From positions 622,001 to 686,000 of the forward strand of contig NW_026974140.1 of NCBI RefSeq assembly GCF_037042905.1: a DNA stretch of 64,000 bases. Direction: 5' to 3'. A program made the translations under genes and the position numbers. Shown here piece after piece: positions 13,342-25,182 of this stretch. Position 1 is the first letter of the stretch, and every line of letters starts with the position of its first letter. The notes beneath the pieces were generated by a model. It was given only the letters and a program-made list of their open reading frames with translations, did not search any database and had not been told where the DNA came from. The DNA comes from Lytechinus pictus (lineage: Eukaryota).

Positions 13342-14095
13342 GGCTCAGAGGGCCCCAGATAGGGACCCCAAAAATGGTTTATTCAGCTGAAAATGTACAT
13401 AGCTAATTCTTGTTGCAATGGATCCAATATACATTGGTATTTCCAAAAGTACCCATGTCACCAAAACTATCTTGTACGGGGGCCCGGACAGTAGGCCTAA
13501 AGGGCCCCCCGAAAATTTGTTTATTCAGATGAAAAGGTACATGGCTAATTCTTTTAAAAAATTGAATCTGCATGCATTGGGGCTCACAAATAAACCAATG
13601 CCAGCAACTTTACAATGTAAGGGGGCCTAGACAGTAGACTCTAAGAGCCCAGATGTCCCACAACTTATTCATTCTGGTGAAGACATATATGGATAATTCT
13701 TTTTTGCAATGCAAGGACCGACGATACATTGGGATTTCCAAAACTACCCACGCCAGCAACTTAATCCTGTACGGGGCAAGACAGTAGGCCTTAATGGCCC
13801 AGATGTCCCACAACTAATTTATTAAGTTGAAACGTACATGGATAAGTTCTTTTGCAATGGAGGCGATATAATTAAAAAATAATATCAATACCAGCAACTT
13901 TATCCTGTACGGGGGCCCAGACAGTTGGCCCAAAGGCCACCGCTAATTGGCTTTATTCAGCTGAAGAAATACATGGATAATTTTTTTTCTGAAATGGAAT
14001 CTGCATAATTTGGGGTTCACATAAATATCAATGCCAGCAACTTTATCCTGTACGGGGGCCCAGATAATAGGCCAAAATGTCCAAAATTTCCCATT
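13342..14095. repeat. ~143-bp tandem satellite array (second copy)
   Basis: Same unit at 13455, 13598, 13750, 13888 and 14031. Confidence 0.85.
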
Positions 14096-15787
14096 AACTC
14101 ATAACCTGCCACGGCCTTGTAATGTGCGCCGACCCTCCTCTGCTTCATACATGCAAGCGCACAATTGATCGACTACTTTTTTAATGACTGTGTAGTGTCA
14201 AACTACCATTGTTTAGGATACTCTAGATCCGGGCTCTAAATGCGGATTCATTAAATAGAATATTCGAGTAAATTATCATGGGAATCGAACCGTAATGAGT
14301 TATAATTTCTGCCTGAATGTAATAATGGAAATTATTGCATTAGGACCAGTATTAATGAAATTGTAGTCCTTGCTTCTCAACTGTAATATTCGAGTAGTTC
14401 CACAGAATTGTTAATTATTATGTTTTTTATTTGAAGGTGGAACTTTATTGTTAGAGGAATGCAAACGTATGCCGGTGTTAGTTGTTTTAGTGATACGGCG
14501 GGCAACACCCACTTTATACGTCCATTGGCACACTTGAAATAGCAGCCGACAAGGCCGTTTGCCAGTGGGCGCTTTACGTGTTGGCGTTGGCATAGCCATG
14601 TTTTTAGCCGGCTTAGATATGGTACGTAGCAATGAATTATAACTCGCATTATAGCATTATTGTAGCGAAAATTAGGTAATCGATTAAAATATATAGTAAA
14701 TTAAATTTTGTGCAATTTTCCTCATGATTATGTACAATATTGGTACAGATTGGATTTTGGGCGTGGCTTTTGAATTTTGCCGCGGTATTGATCATGTGAC
14801 TTTAATTCTTGATGAAAAGTTAATCATAGATGAATGTTCACCTTGTGCGAGAAAAGCATGATTTATTTGATTATGTTTATTTTATTCTTATCATGTTGAG
14901 GCTTTCAGGAATTCAATCTGATCAACTGATATGTTGATGCTTCTAGACATTTGAAGCGGGTTACTGTCGTTTCGATATTCAACCGAACACATTTGAGAGT
15001 TGATAATCTTTAATCGTAGCTGAAATAATTTTGGGGCTATGTTTATCGAGTTTGTTCTTTTCAAAATCGTATATTAGAGGATTTATGTATTTATGTATTT
15101 TTGTCCAAATAAGGCATGCTGACGTGGCTTTGTAAACGACGTCATGTTTAGGGCTCGGCTTATATAATGGAGCTGTATAAGCTTACATACACCACCTAGG
15201 GTGAGTTAATATTAATATAGCTACATTATAGTTAATCATATCGCATATATACCTTTGTTCCCTTTTTGATGTGAATTTATATATTGGCGTTGTCTATCTA
15301 CATGATTTACTTTAACAGTTTTACGTGCCGTGTATGTGTAATTCCAGACGGTTGTGGATTTATTATATACAGTTTATATTTTTTGATTCTGCGATATATA
15401 CGATATATTGATAATGTTATTATTAAAACATTATCCCTGAATATATACGACAATATGAAGTACATTTATGTATCATCTTTTTACTACTACGTGTATTCTA
15501 AATTTGATGCTTTACGGATTAGTAGTTATTTACAATTCAATCAAGTGCATAGACAATTAACCTAACTTCACAATTATAATTAACGAAATATCACGTGATA
15601 AACGATGCGACTATTGCATTGTATCATTTATATTTGTACTCTGTAATGCTGATTTTTACTTATGATACGACTGTATGTTTATTCAATGCAGGGATATGTT
15701 GTTTACGAATAAAGAAATACATTCAACGTTAGTCACCGTCTCCCGACTCAGATTTGTTGGCTCAAATGGGTGTCGGATCTGCGACAC

Positions 15788-16571
15788 AACTCCGAAAAAT
15801 TTTCGCACTATTTTTACGAGCGCCCGTCCTGAAAAAGGCGGATAATCGTCATGGCAACCGCACACACCCCCTCCGATGCGGTTGTGTTGGAAAAGGGTGA
15901 CCTTGTGAACGCACCATGGCAATTATCTGCATTACTTTTAGGCGGTTTCAAACCGCCACGATCACAGGAATCCCCGTTAAATTACGAGAAAATGTTTAGG
16001 CTAAAAAATACCCATTAATTATTCTTGCATTAACACCGCCCCGAAACATACCCTTCGGGGTAAATTCCTGAAGTTAGGAGCATGCGCAGTATGGTCTAAT
16101 AAGCAGGCAAGTTGCGAGATTCAAAACCACTAGCCCAGCAGCCACCCACGGCTCCCGCGCCCAACGACACGCTTGGCTAAAAGTTCCCGTAAATTGCTTT
16201 CACATTGCCAAAATACCTGCGACCTTGGAAAAATCCCCGCGAAAGTTTTTGTAATTTGGCCGAGTACCTACTATTTAGCGGGTATTTTCTTTCGGGGAAA
16301 TTACGCGTAGTTTGCTTTCACATTACCAAAATACCTGGTATTTTCTGATCGGGGTAACTTTCCCAATCAGAGAATACCTGGAACTGACGAACTTCGAGGC
16401 GGTCTGAAACCACCTTTTGAAATGCGTTCATAAAGTCAAAATCTGGTCCCGATGCCGCTATTATGCGGATAATTGCAGCATCAAAATAATGCGGATAACT
16501 CTGGTCCTCCTTCGATTTTACGACCAAATTATGCTGCTATTAGCCGCATAATTGGGTTTATGAAAGGGGTA
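15788..16571 (-). mobile_element. Truncated inverted copy of the PIF/Harbinger MITE at 46242-46641, with a nested insertion
   Basis: Reverse-complement match on both sides of 15940-16415. Confidence 0.85.
15940..16415. mobile_element. Harbinger-like MITE
   Basis: TIRs AGGCGGTTTCAAACCGCC and GGCGGTCTGAAACCACCT; 3-bp TTT flanks; absent from the paralogous copy at ~46405. Confidence 0.8.
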
Positions 16572-16616
16572 TTACATTATACTTTTTCGATTTTTTGCGG
16601 AATTTTATGAGCATCA

Positions 16617-16900
16617 TGGCTCCATAGAAGAAGGGGCAGAGACTTTATGACCAAGATGAAGTCAGAGCGATGGTACTGAGGGATGCATTGCCCCAGGCAG
16701 ATTCGGACTCCAATGAATCTCTGGCGGAATGAGTGTCCGAGAGCTCAGACGATGACTACGGTCCCACGCATTGAGATTCGTGTCAGAAAGAAGACAGAAC
16801 TGATCACTATCAAAACGACTCTGTCACTGGTAGTGAAAATCCCTCTGCGAGATTACACAGTGCAATAATTTTTGGACAGGAAGAGAATTACATATGAAAA
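16617..16900 (+). pseudogene. Possible decayed acidic N-terminus of a piggyBac-like transposase
   Basis: MAP*KKGQRLYDQDEVRAMVLRDALPQADSDSNESLAE*VSESSDDDY resembles piggyBac N-termini only in style. A TTAA-CTCAT terminus-like sequence lies at ~14094. Confidence 0.3.
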
Positions 16901-17929
16901 GCTATAAGACCTGGTAAAATTTTGTATTATTATGACAGTTGCTTTAGAAGACTACGAACTTCGAAGCGTACTACGAAATTTACTACGAAAAAATGCTTTC
17001 ATTACGAGACAGGCCCATTTGAATTTTTCCGACTTTTTACTTTCAAATTCGGGATTGAAACATTGAGATGGAATCAACTGCACCTGCTTTAATAGTCCTC
17101 TCAGCAAACCATACAATGCCCTCAAGCGCTACGGATAACCACAGATAATAAGCAGTGACTGAATTGCTATACTGGCATCACCCGGCGTGGTGAATGAAAG
17201 TCTCCATGCCAAAAACTGTATTAATTGTAAATGGTAAAGTAGCCAACGAAAATTCATATCCCGAAATAAACTTTGGAGCATGAAAAATGGACCAGAAGAA
17301 GTTGGGATATTGCAATGAAATAATGATCAATCTAATGATCGACTTGCGTCTCGGGGGGATTCGCCGAAAATATATTGTTTACTCTTACTTCGCCTATCAC
17401 CCGAGCTGGGCTGCGGCTTGAAATTTGACCTCAGGAGCGGATTAATTCTGACTGGCTTGAATTTCTGGACATATATGATTTATTTTCATGCTATTTTATT
17501 CATCTTCGTTTTATCAAAAAGCTTTCTTGAATTGATATTTACCCCAGGTATTACTAAAGGAAAGAAGGAAGCGCGAAGAGGATGCATCTCTGGAGGCCAT
17601 TGAACATTTAGCAGAAGAAATAAAATCTTTAAGAAATTAGATGCGGCAACTCAAAGCAGAGAGGGGTCTGAAAACCACAGGTATTATAACGGCTGAAAAG
17701 GACCTAGTAAAAGCCAAGATAATTTATTCAGTCTCCTTTTCTCCACAAACTCTTTTCTCATGTCCGTACGAACAAACGCATATTGACTCATTGGGTTTTG
17801 AGCTTCACCTCAAACCTCGGATCTCAATTCTGTAGTCATTTTTTACTAGTCTAATTCCTAGACCACTATTACAGCATCGTTGATGTTTGGTTTGACTTTG
17901 TGGTTTTATTTTGACGGAGGCAGAGGGAC

Positions 17930-18046
17930 TAGGAGAGAGATGAAGAGATAAAATGTATGTATGTATGTATGTGTGTGTGTGTGAGAGAGGGGGAGAGAGA
18001 GAGAGAGATGGCAAAGAGATGGAGGGGGAGAGCGAGCGAGAGAGAT
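17930..18046. repeat. Compound (ATGT)n/(GT)n/(GA)n microsatellite
   Basis: Seen directly in the sequence. Confidence 0.85.
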
Positions 18047-18544
18047 GAACCATTCATGCCTTCAATATGTGTACAAGACTACCTATCCTATTATCTGCGT
18101 TGCGTTAATGCGGTTTTTGTTCGTCGGAAGATAAGTGCCCTAAGGAGATTTCTGTTTTAAGTGAGCAACATTTCCATGTCAAGCAAGCGACACCCCTTTT
18201 CAAGTGAGAGGCAGAGGGTGCTGATTGAGCGATCAAAGTGCTAAATGAGCATCAAAATTCCCAAGTGAGCAACATGACTGCAGAGTAAGCACCCAAAATG
18301 GCACCAGTCTCTCAATTGACGCGTAAGTGAGCGCCTTATTCCAGAGAAGTGCTGTACACCAGTCTGCTCCTTCATTCATGTTGTTGTGTTTGTAGCTAAT
18401 AATGCGAAGGGAATTGCTTGACTTGAGATCACTCCTTATCCACCAAGCAAGCACAGCAGTGGCAGAGCATTGCTGCAGGAGTCATGTCGTGGGTAAGAAG
18501 AAATCTAGAATGTCAAGTTTATCTTAAGTTTAATATTATTAGAC

Positions 18545-20400
18545 TGATAAATCCGCTGTTTCCAATTTTTTTTCCTCCGACGCTACACAGATCGACGGTA
18601 TTAATTGGGCTCGTAATGGTGGAGAAACAATAACACTGTCCCACATATGCTTTTCTGTGTTAGGCTATATGCGTTAGGAGTAGGACTAATTAATTTAGGC
18701 CTAGGGCCTAACTGTTGTTAGTGGTCATCGATTTTGAGCTAAGATTTCATGATTTTAAAAATTTGAGTTATAATGTAACACAACTAGATAGATGTATGAT
18801 ACTATTTTTACCATTAACTTTGATTTAAACGAATATAGGTCCTATAGCTGCGGCTTTTTTTTTTTGGTAAATATTTCTATCATTCATATTATCACTATCA
18901 GTATCAGGCCAGCGTCAGCGATTACTGGTATGTTTTGCCGAGATTTGTCTGGCTGCACTACGCCGGTATCCCCTCCGTCATAGACCGATGACAGCCATTT
19001 GGCTCGGAATGGTGGGGCAAACAACAGCCTCGTAACTATACTTCAGCGTCTATGGAGAAGGATGCGCTGGCGCACCCTCGGCCCTCCTCGCCTCACGCCT
19101 CGATTACTCCTAAATTTTACTTTTTTGATGGGGAAAAGGTAAGAAATAATATTAAATATAATTTTATATTAAATACATTCACCTTCAGAAAAACTATGCC
19201 GGAAAATTGCAAATTAAACACTAACAGATCATGGTCAGCCAGGTTCTTCATCGATCGCTCGATTGCTGTTAGGTGCAGCTGAGTGTACAGACATGCTGAT
19301 GCCGATCTAGCGATCGAAGAAGGGCCTGGCTGGTTGACCTTGATCTGTTTGTCATCGAAATTTGCTAAAGGTGGTAAGCTTAATGTATTTAATATAAATT
19401 TATTGTCACTATTTCTTCCTTTTTCCCCGTCAAAGAGCAAAATGTATGAGAAATCTCCATAGATGCTATAGTTAAGTAGCGGTTGTTTGCCCCCCCCCCT
19501 TTCCGGGGAGGGGGGGGGGGGCTTTTCATCAAATTGCAGCTCCGTGTAGCAGATCAATATGACCGGAACTCCATAACGGAATATTTGCGAAGCTTTGGAG
19601 CGGATTTCTTTCTTCCTTTTTCACGATAAGAAGAAAATGCTATGCTTTGGAGTGGCTTTTTTTTTCTCAATAAGACAAAAATGCTATGCCTTGGAACGGA
19701 AATTTGAGGGTAAAAATGGGGGTCCCATCCGCGGCGCATACCCACTATGCATTTTATACTGAGTGGGCATTACATGCCCAATGACCGTCATCCGTATGTG
19801 TAGGAGGACCAACAGAATCAGAAAATATTGAAAAACTCCTCTGAAACAGCGGATTTATCAGTGTAGCTGCTGCTGCAAATAGACCCTACTGTCTTTAAAG
19901 ATTTACTAGAATAGATCTAGGCCTATATACCTACATGTAGTTTAACTAGAAAGCGTCTATGGAGAAAAGGGTGACTTAAATTACCCTCCTTGATTACTCC
20001 TGAATTTGACGGGAGAAAAAAACAAGAAATAAAAAAGATGGATTTATATCAAATACAATTGGCTTTAATACCAGCCTTCCGAAAAATATGCTAGAAAATA
20101 GCGACAAATAGCTGCGCTGACGGCGATCAAAGAAAAACCTGGCTGATCCTGATCTGTTTGTCATCAAACTTTTTTTGATAGGTGGTAAGCTGATATGAAT
20201 GTATTTGATATAAATTTATCGTCCCTTTTTCCTGTCAAAAAGCAAAATTTAGGAGTTATCGAGGTGGGTGTGCCAGCTCAGCCTATCTCCATAAATGCTG
20301 CAGTTAAGGCATTCGTGGAGCTCTACCACTACGAGCCCAATGGCCGTCATCCGTCTATTGATTGAGGGGATGCCGCAGAGCCAGACGAAGTCTCAGAGAA
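18545..20400. mobile_element. Cluster of related palindromic MITE copies (cores at ~19033-19473 and ~19942-20306)
   Basis: Inverted AGCGTCTATGGAGA / TCTCCATAGATGCT and GATGACAGCCATT / AATGGCCGTCATC; shared centre TGATCTGTTTGTCATC. Confidence 0.7.
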
Positions 20401-21499
20401 TCATATCCCTGACAGAAATAGACCTTTGTATCGATTTAGTTTAATATTACTTATTAAATGACTGGCTTGACCATAACACAGTGAATGTTAGGCCTACTGA
20501 CTGAATTCAACATGGGACAGGGAAGGGGGGGGGGGTCACATGTTTGGATATATGCAGCCTTCTTTTTTATGTTCAATATGCATTGATTAGTGAAGTGCTA
20601 ATCATCATCAATATTGTCCCCTATAAAGTTATAATTCCAAACATTTGTATTGAAATACTTAAGAGATTTCGCTTGTAACTCAGGCCTAGAATCTGATTTT
20701 GTTAATGACAATCCTGAAGGTATCAACTTGTACTTTCTTGCTGGAGAGGGGGTGGTATGGTTGTAGAACAATACCAAGATTTCACTTAATATGGACTTCA
20801 CAATGATCTAGATATTTTAGTAGGTTTAATACATTTTGGATTATCGTGCAACAAGAAAATATGGATACAGCCATCAAAATATTGATAAACAAATCAAAAT
20901 TAATTTTAGTGGGTGTTCTGGGCACCACTTTTATGTGTGATGGTTTGATTGGAGAAAGTAGATAACAACTAGAAGATAGTGGTCCATTCTATACAGTTTT
21001 TTAAACTGGATTTAAATCCCAGGTGCTCTGAAGAAATGTAATAAATCGGAAAGGTTATCACCCTTCAGTATATATTTTGTCATTTCCAAGTTTGATAGCA
21101 TGGTGTGATACATGTACATTTGTGCTCCAGAAATTTCATTTGAGATCTATCCTTGTTTAGGCAAGGATTTAATACATTGTTTAAAAAGCAATATCAGTTT
21201 GTGTCTTAACAGTTTATTTATATATTATCAATTAAATTATCAATCGTTCATGTGATTCTCTTTTTTTACCATTTCTTTTTCTACTGCAGATGTGAGTGCG
21301 ACAACTACCACAGAAGATTAGCCGACCTAAAGCCACTTCTCAAGCAGAAGGAAGGTAGCCCGATTGTCGTGGTCGTGGGAGGTGGTATCTTTGTTTCGGC
21401 ATGCAAATCCACGAAAGGTTAAAGTCTTGATGGCATAAGCGGAAAAGTGCTAAAAGCCTGTGGTAATCAACCGGCTGTGCCCTTTTGGCTTTGGTAATT

Positions 21500-21625
21500 T
21501 TTTCAATGGTATCAAAGAGGTCCGTAAGTGACGCTGTTCTAGTTATCCACTTAGTCCAGCAGCACACAGATTGTACAGGCTGTTGTTCCAGGACTACCTT
21601 CATGGACTTCTCTTCAGCTTTTAAT
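21500..21625 (+). pseudogene. 5' piece of an old Rex1/Babar-like LINE RT, continued at 44454
   Basis: KRSVSDAVLVIHLVQQHTD..SRTTFMDFSSAFN is an RT motif region. Confidence 0.75.
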
Positions 21626-21654
21626 AAGAAAAATAATAGCTGGATTTATAAAGT
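21623..21654 (-). mobile_element. 3' tail of the SINE whose body lies at 44199-44453
   Basis: AATAAGAAAAATAATAGCTGGATTTATAAAG resembles the tail of the SINE at 1449 and joins to TGCTTTTTGCC at 44207. Confidence 0.65.
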
Positions 21655-21854
21655 TTGTTTTTGTTTGTTTTATTTTTATTTCTGCGTTCACAATACATTA
21701 TCATAAATATTTACATTGTTTGTAATATACAAAATAATTCATAATGCATACAATATAAACATAATACATAATTTGAAGGGAAAAAAATGGTGTGGGCATA
21801 TACTTCACATTTTGATGATAAAAAAGGAACATTAACAAAATTTAATGAACGCAG

Positions 21855-21900
21855 GAGACCGCCATCGTGAGCGGTTAAGCTTGTAATTGATGGCGGCCTC
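21855..21900 (-). other. LINE 3'UTR stem-loop (candidate RT recognition signal)
   Basis: GAGGCCGCCAUC-22 nt-GAUGGCGGUCUC forms a 12-bp stem including one G-U pair. Confidence 0.65.
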
Positions 21901-22030
21901 ATAAAAAGGGTTCGTGACTATGATTGGTATTACTGAACAAGTGGGTGCAATGCAGGTGCAGGTGCGGGTGCAGAAGATAGCTGTATGTATAATTTATATT
22001 TTTTATTTAATTCATAGTGGTAAATGAGGA

Positions 22031-25000
22031 TTAATTTGAAGGTTGGGATGAATAAGATCGAATGATATTTCTTTTAACAGTTGATTTTAAAGAGTATAAA
22101 GTGGAACAAGATTTAATATTTTCTGCAAGATTATTCCAAATGTCTGGAGCATGATGTCGAATTGATTTAGAGGTAATTAACAGTCTGGGGTTTGTGAGAT
22201 GAAAGTTTCCAGATGTACGAGTTGGGTAGGTATGGACAGAACTATTGAACTTAAACATATCATCAAAAGACGAAGGGAGTAGGTTATTAATATACTTAAA
22301 CATAATGATAGCTACTTGAAGAGTATACAAGTCGGCAACTTTTAGTGTTTTCTGTTTGAAAAATAATGGATCAGTGTGAGCCAAGTAATGAGATCCTGTA
22401 CAAATGCGAATAACTCTCTTTTGTAATTTGAAAATAGAAGTCAGCTTTGTTGAGCCACAATTAGCCCAAACAACGTTACAATAAGTAATATACGGGAGTA
22501 CTAAGGAATTGTACAATAGGAATAAAGTTTTAAGAGGCAAAATAAATTTTAACTTAGAAATAATTCCAATGCTTCTCGAAATACGCATTGTAATATGGTG
22601 CAGATGCTCATTCCAAGATAAAGCTTCATCTATGATAACCCCTAAAAATTTAGAGTGAGTTTTCCGTTCTAATGACTTGCCGTCAATCTGTAGGTGAACT
22701 TGAGTGTTAGAAATATGAGAGTGATGTTTAAAATATATGAAGTGAGTTTTTTGTGTGTTCAAAGATAATTTGTTAGCTTTGAACCACTGTGATACTTTGT
22801 TTATTTCATGATTTAAAATATTGTATAACGAAGTAGGATTTGTATGAGAAAAAAAAATATTTGTGTCGTCAGCGAATAATACAAAAGATAAAATGGATGA
22901 TGTATTACTAATGTCATTGATATATAGTAAAAATAATAGTGGGCCTAATATGGAGCCTTGAGGGACACCACAACGAACTAAAAGTGAGTCAGAGTCATAA
23001 CCATTAAATGCGACGTATTGTTTTCGATTTCTTAAGTAATCTTTAAACCAAAGGAGGGATTGACCTCGTACGCCATAATAATTAAGTTTTGAGAGTAGAA
23101 TGTCGTGATTAAGTGTATCAAATGCCTTACTAAGGTCACAAAATATGCCAATGACATGTTCTTTATTAGCAATGGCGTTTGTAATTTTATCATAGATTTG
23201 GATTAAAGCCAAGTTTGTTGAGTAATTTTTCCTAAAGCCATATTGATTAGAATTTAGCAGATTGTGTTTGCTGATGAATTTATAAAGTCTGTTATATACT
23301 ATTTTTTCTAAGATTTTTGATATAGTTGGGAGAAGAGAAATGGGGCGATAATTATTAATTTCATGAGGATTGTCTTTTTTGAAAATTGGATTGACTTTGG
23401 CGATTTTGAATAAGTCAGGAAAAACTCCTTGTGATAATGATTTATTAAAAATGTTACTAAGAGGATTAGCAAGTGGGTGAATTATTTCTTTTAAAAGAGT
23501 CATACTAATTCTATCATGTCCATGCGATTTTGAACTGTTAAGAGACCGTGTAATATTGATAATTTCAGTTGGGTCCGTAGGGTTAAAAAATATAGAGTGT
23601 GGATTAGGTTCGGGGAGATAGTCGGTAAAACGCGCATTAGGGCTATTAATTTTGCTTGAAAGTTCGGGTCCGATATTTGTGAAAAATGAATTAAATGAAT
23701 TTGCTTGAAGGGAAGAGTCAATTTTAAAACCGTTAAGAGTCATATCATCAGTAGGAGGGGAATCTGTCTTTGTTCCCATTACCTCTTTAATGATTTTCCA
23801 TGTTGCATTAGTGTTTGAACTGGCATTCTTTATTCTATTAGCGTAATACATTTTACGTGATATACGAATTAATTTTGTCAATTTGTTTCGGTATACTTTA
23901 TATGTTTTTAAGTTAGCTTCGGACGGTTTGTGTAAATGTGACTTGTAAAGGCGATTACGTGTTTGTATTGATTTCAATATACCTTTTGTTATCCAGGGAT
24001 GTTTGGGGGTCTTTTTTCGATTATTTTTCATTCTACCTATGGGGATATTCTTATCGTAATAATGTTGTAATTTATCATTAAAGCGATTATAAGATGTGTT
24101 TGCTCCAACTTCATTATAGACATCCTCCCATTCCTCAATTGTTAAGTCTTGTTTCAATAATTCAATATTACGTTTAGATTCTCTTCTATATGTATGTTGG
24201 TTAAATGTTTTGAGGTGTGGTAGTTTTAAATCACAAGTTAGAAATATTGGTAAGTGGTCTGAAACTTCAGAGCATAGAATTCCTCCTATCATTTTGTTGT
24301 TCATGTTATGTACGTTGGAAAAAATGTTGTCAATTTGAGTTGATGAATTTTGGTTGATTCTAGTGGGATTATTTATGAATGAATTGAAGCCGAATGAGTA
24401 CATTAGTTTCATGAAATTGTTTGATTTATTATTGTCGATTGAGGGTAAGAAATTGATATTAAAATCACCAATAATAAAACAGTTTTTATTTTCATTACTT
24501 ATTATATGGAGATATTGCTCTGTTTCCTCATAAAATGAATCAAAATTAAAACCTGGTGGTCTATAAATTAAACCTATGACGACATTTTTAAATTCTGTGT
24601 TTTCAATTTCAATAAACAAAGATTCAGCATGTAAAAGTTTCACGTCGGAACGGATCTTAAATTTCAGTTTTTCGGCAATATAGAAGGCTACCCCTCCGCC
24701 TCTTTTCCCTTTGCGGTCTGCCCTAATCAGCTTATAATCTGGTAAATTAAACAAATCTGGGGAATTTTCGTGTAACCATGTCTCGCTAATACCAATAACA
24801 GAAAATTTAAAATTGTTTAACGTGTGTAAGAGATTTTCAAAATATTCGAAGTTTCTATTCAGACTTCTTAAATTTGCATGTAAAAGAGAAATATCATCAT
24901 GATTATTATTAAATATGTTATTAAATTCTTGAGGTGTGTAATATTTACTGTTGTGTGAATTTTCTATTAAATTATCAGGAATAAAAGAGAGTGAATCCAT
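22031..25000 (-). CDS. LINE ORF2: AP endonuclease plus reverse transcriptase, intact, 989 aa from the ATG
   Basis: Endonuclease motifs HANLRSL, SETWL, GGGVA, IYRPP, GDFN, IDNIF, SDHLP; RT motifs NYRPISLL, QYGFR, DLSKAFD, GVPQGSILGP, FADD, FLGV. Confidence 0.97.
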   Translation of the reverse strand: MDSLSFIPDNLIENSHNSKYYTPQEFNNIFNNNHDDISLLHANLRSLNRNFEYFENLLHTLNNFKFSVIGISETWLHENSPDLFNLPDYKLIRADRKGKRGGGVAFYIAEKLKFKIRSDVKLLHAESLFIEIENTEFKNVVIGLIYRPPGFNFDSFYEETEQYLHIISNENKNCFIIGDFNINFLPSIDNNKSNNFMKLMYSFGFNSFINNPTRINQNSSTQIDNIFSNVHNMNNKMIGGILCSEVSDHLPIFLTCDLKLPHLKTFNQHTYRRESKRNIELLKQDLTIEEWEDVYNEVGANTSYNRFNDKLQHYYDKNIPIGRMKNNRKKTPKHPWITKGILKSIQTRNRLYKSHLHKPSEANLKTYKVYRNKLTKLIRISRKMYYANRIKNASSNTNATWKIIKEVMGTKTDSPPTDDMTLNGFKIDSSLQANSFNSFFTNIGPELSSKINSPNARFTDYLPEPNPHSIFFNPTDPTEIINITRSLNSSKSHGHDRISMTLLKEIIHPLANPLSNIFNKSLSQGVFPDLFKIAKVNPIFKKDNPHEINNYRPISLLPTISKILEKIVYNRLYKFISKHNLLNSNQYGFRKNYSTNLALIQIYDKITNAIANKEHVIGIFCDLSKAFDTLNHDILLSKLNYYGVRGQSLLWFKDYLRNRKQYVAFNGYDSDSLLVRCGVPQGSILGPLLFLLYINDISNTSSILSFVLFADDTNIFFSHTNPTSLYNILNHEINKVSQWFKANKLSLNTQKTHFIYFKHHSHISNTQVHLQIDGKSLERKTHSKFLGVIIDEALSWNEHLHHITMRISRSIGIISKLKFILPLKTLFLLYNSLVLPYITYCNVVWANCGSTKLTSIFKLQKRVIRICTGSHYLAHTDPLFFKQKTLKVADLYTLQVAIIMFKYINNLLPSSFDDMFKFNSSVHTYPTRTSGNFHLTNPRLLITSKSIRHHAPDIWNNLAENIKSCSTLYSLKSTVKRNIIRSYSSQPSN

Positions 25001-25182
25001 CAAAATTGATATAATGTAAAGTACCGGCGATTATGTAAGGGATATACTGCGAGCGTGCTTGTGGTGAAGGTGCGTGTGATAGTGATTGTGTGTATATTCA
25101 TGTGTAACTGTGGTGCTGATGTGCAGTTAATATAAATGAAAAATATGTCTACAAAAATAACAAGACCCATCTTGGTCAGCAT
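25000..25182 (-). other. 60-codon uORF whose stop overlaps the ORF2 ATG (TGATG)
   Basis: ATG at 25182; TGA at 25002-25000 and ORF2 ATG at 25000-24998. Repeated in each tandem unit. Confidence 0.45.

Larger units (their letters stand above)
6455..14095 (+). repeat. Local segmental duplication, copy 2, interrupted by the 7996-13341 insertion
   Basis: Direct sequence similarity to copy 1 on both sides of the insertion. Confidence 0.85.

Noticed and set aside
21290..21417. Possible host exon after a polypyrimidine/CTGCAG acceptor (CECDNYHRRLADLKPLLKQKEGSPIVVVVGGG); possible donor at ~18493
   Set aside because: No recognisable protein or partner exons; cannot be supported without transcripts.
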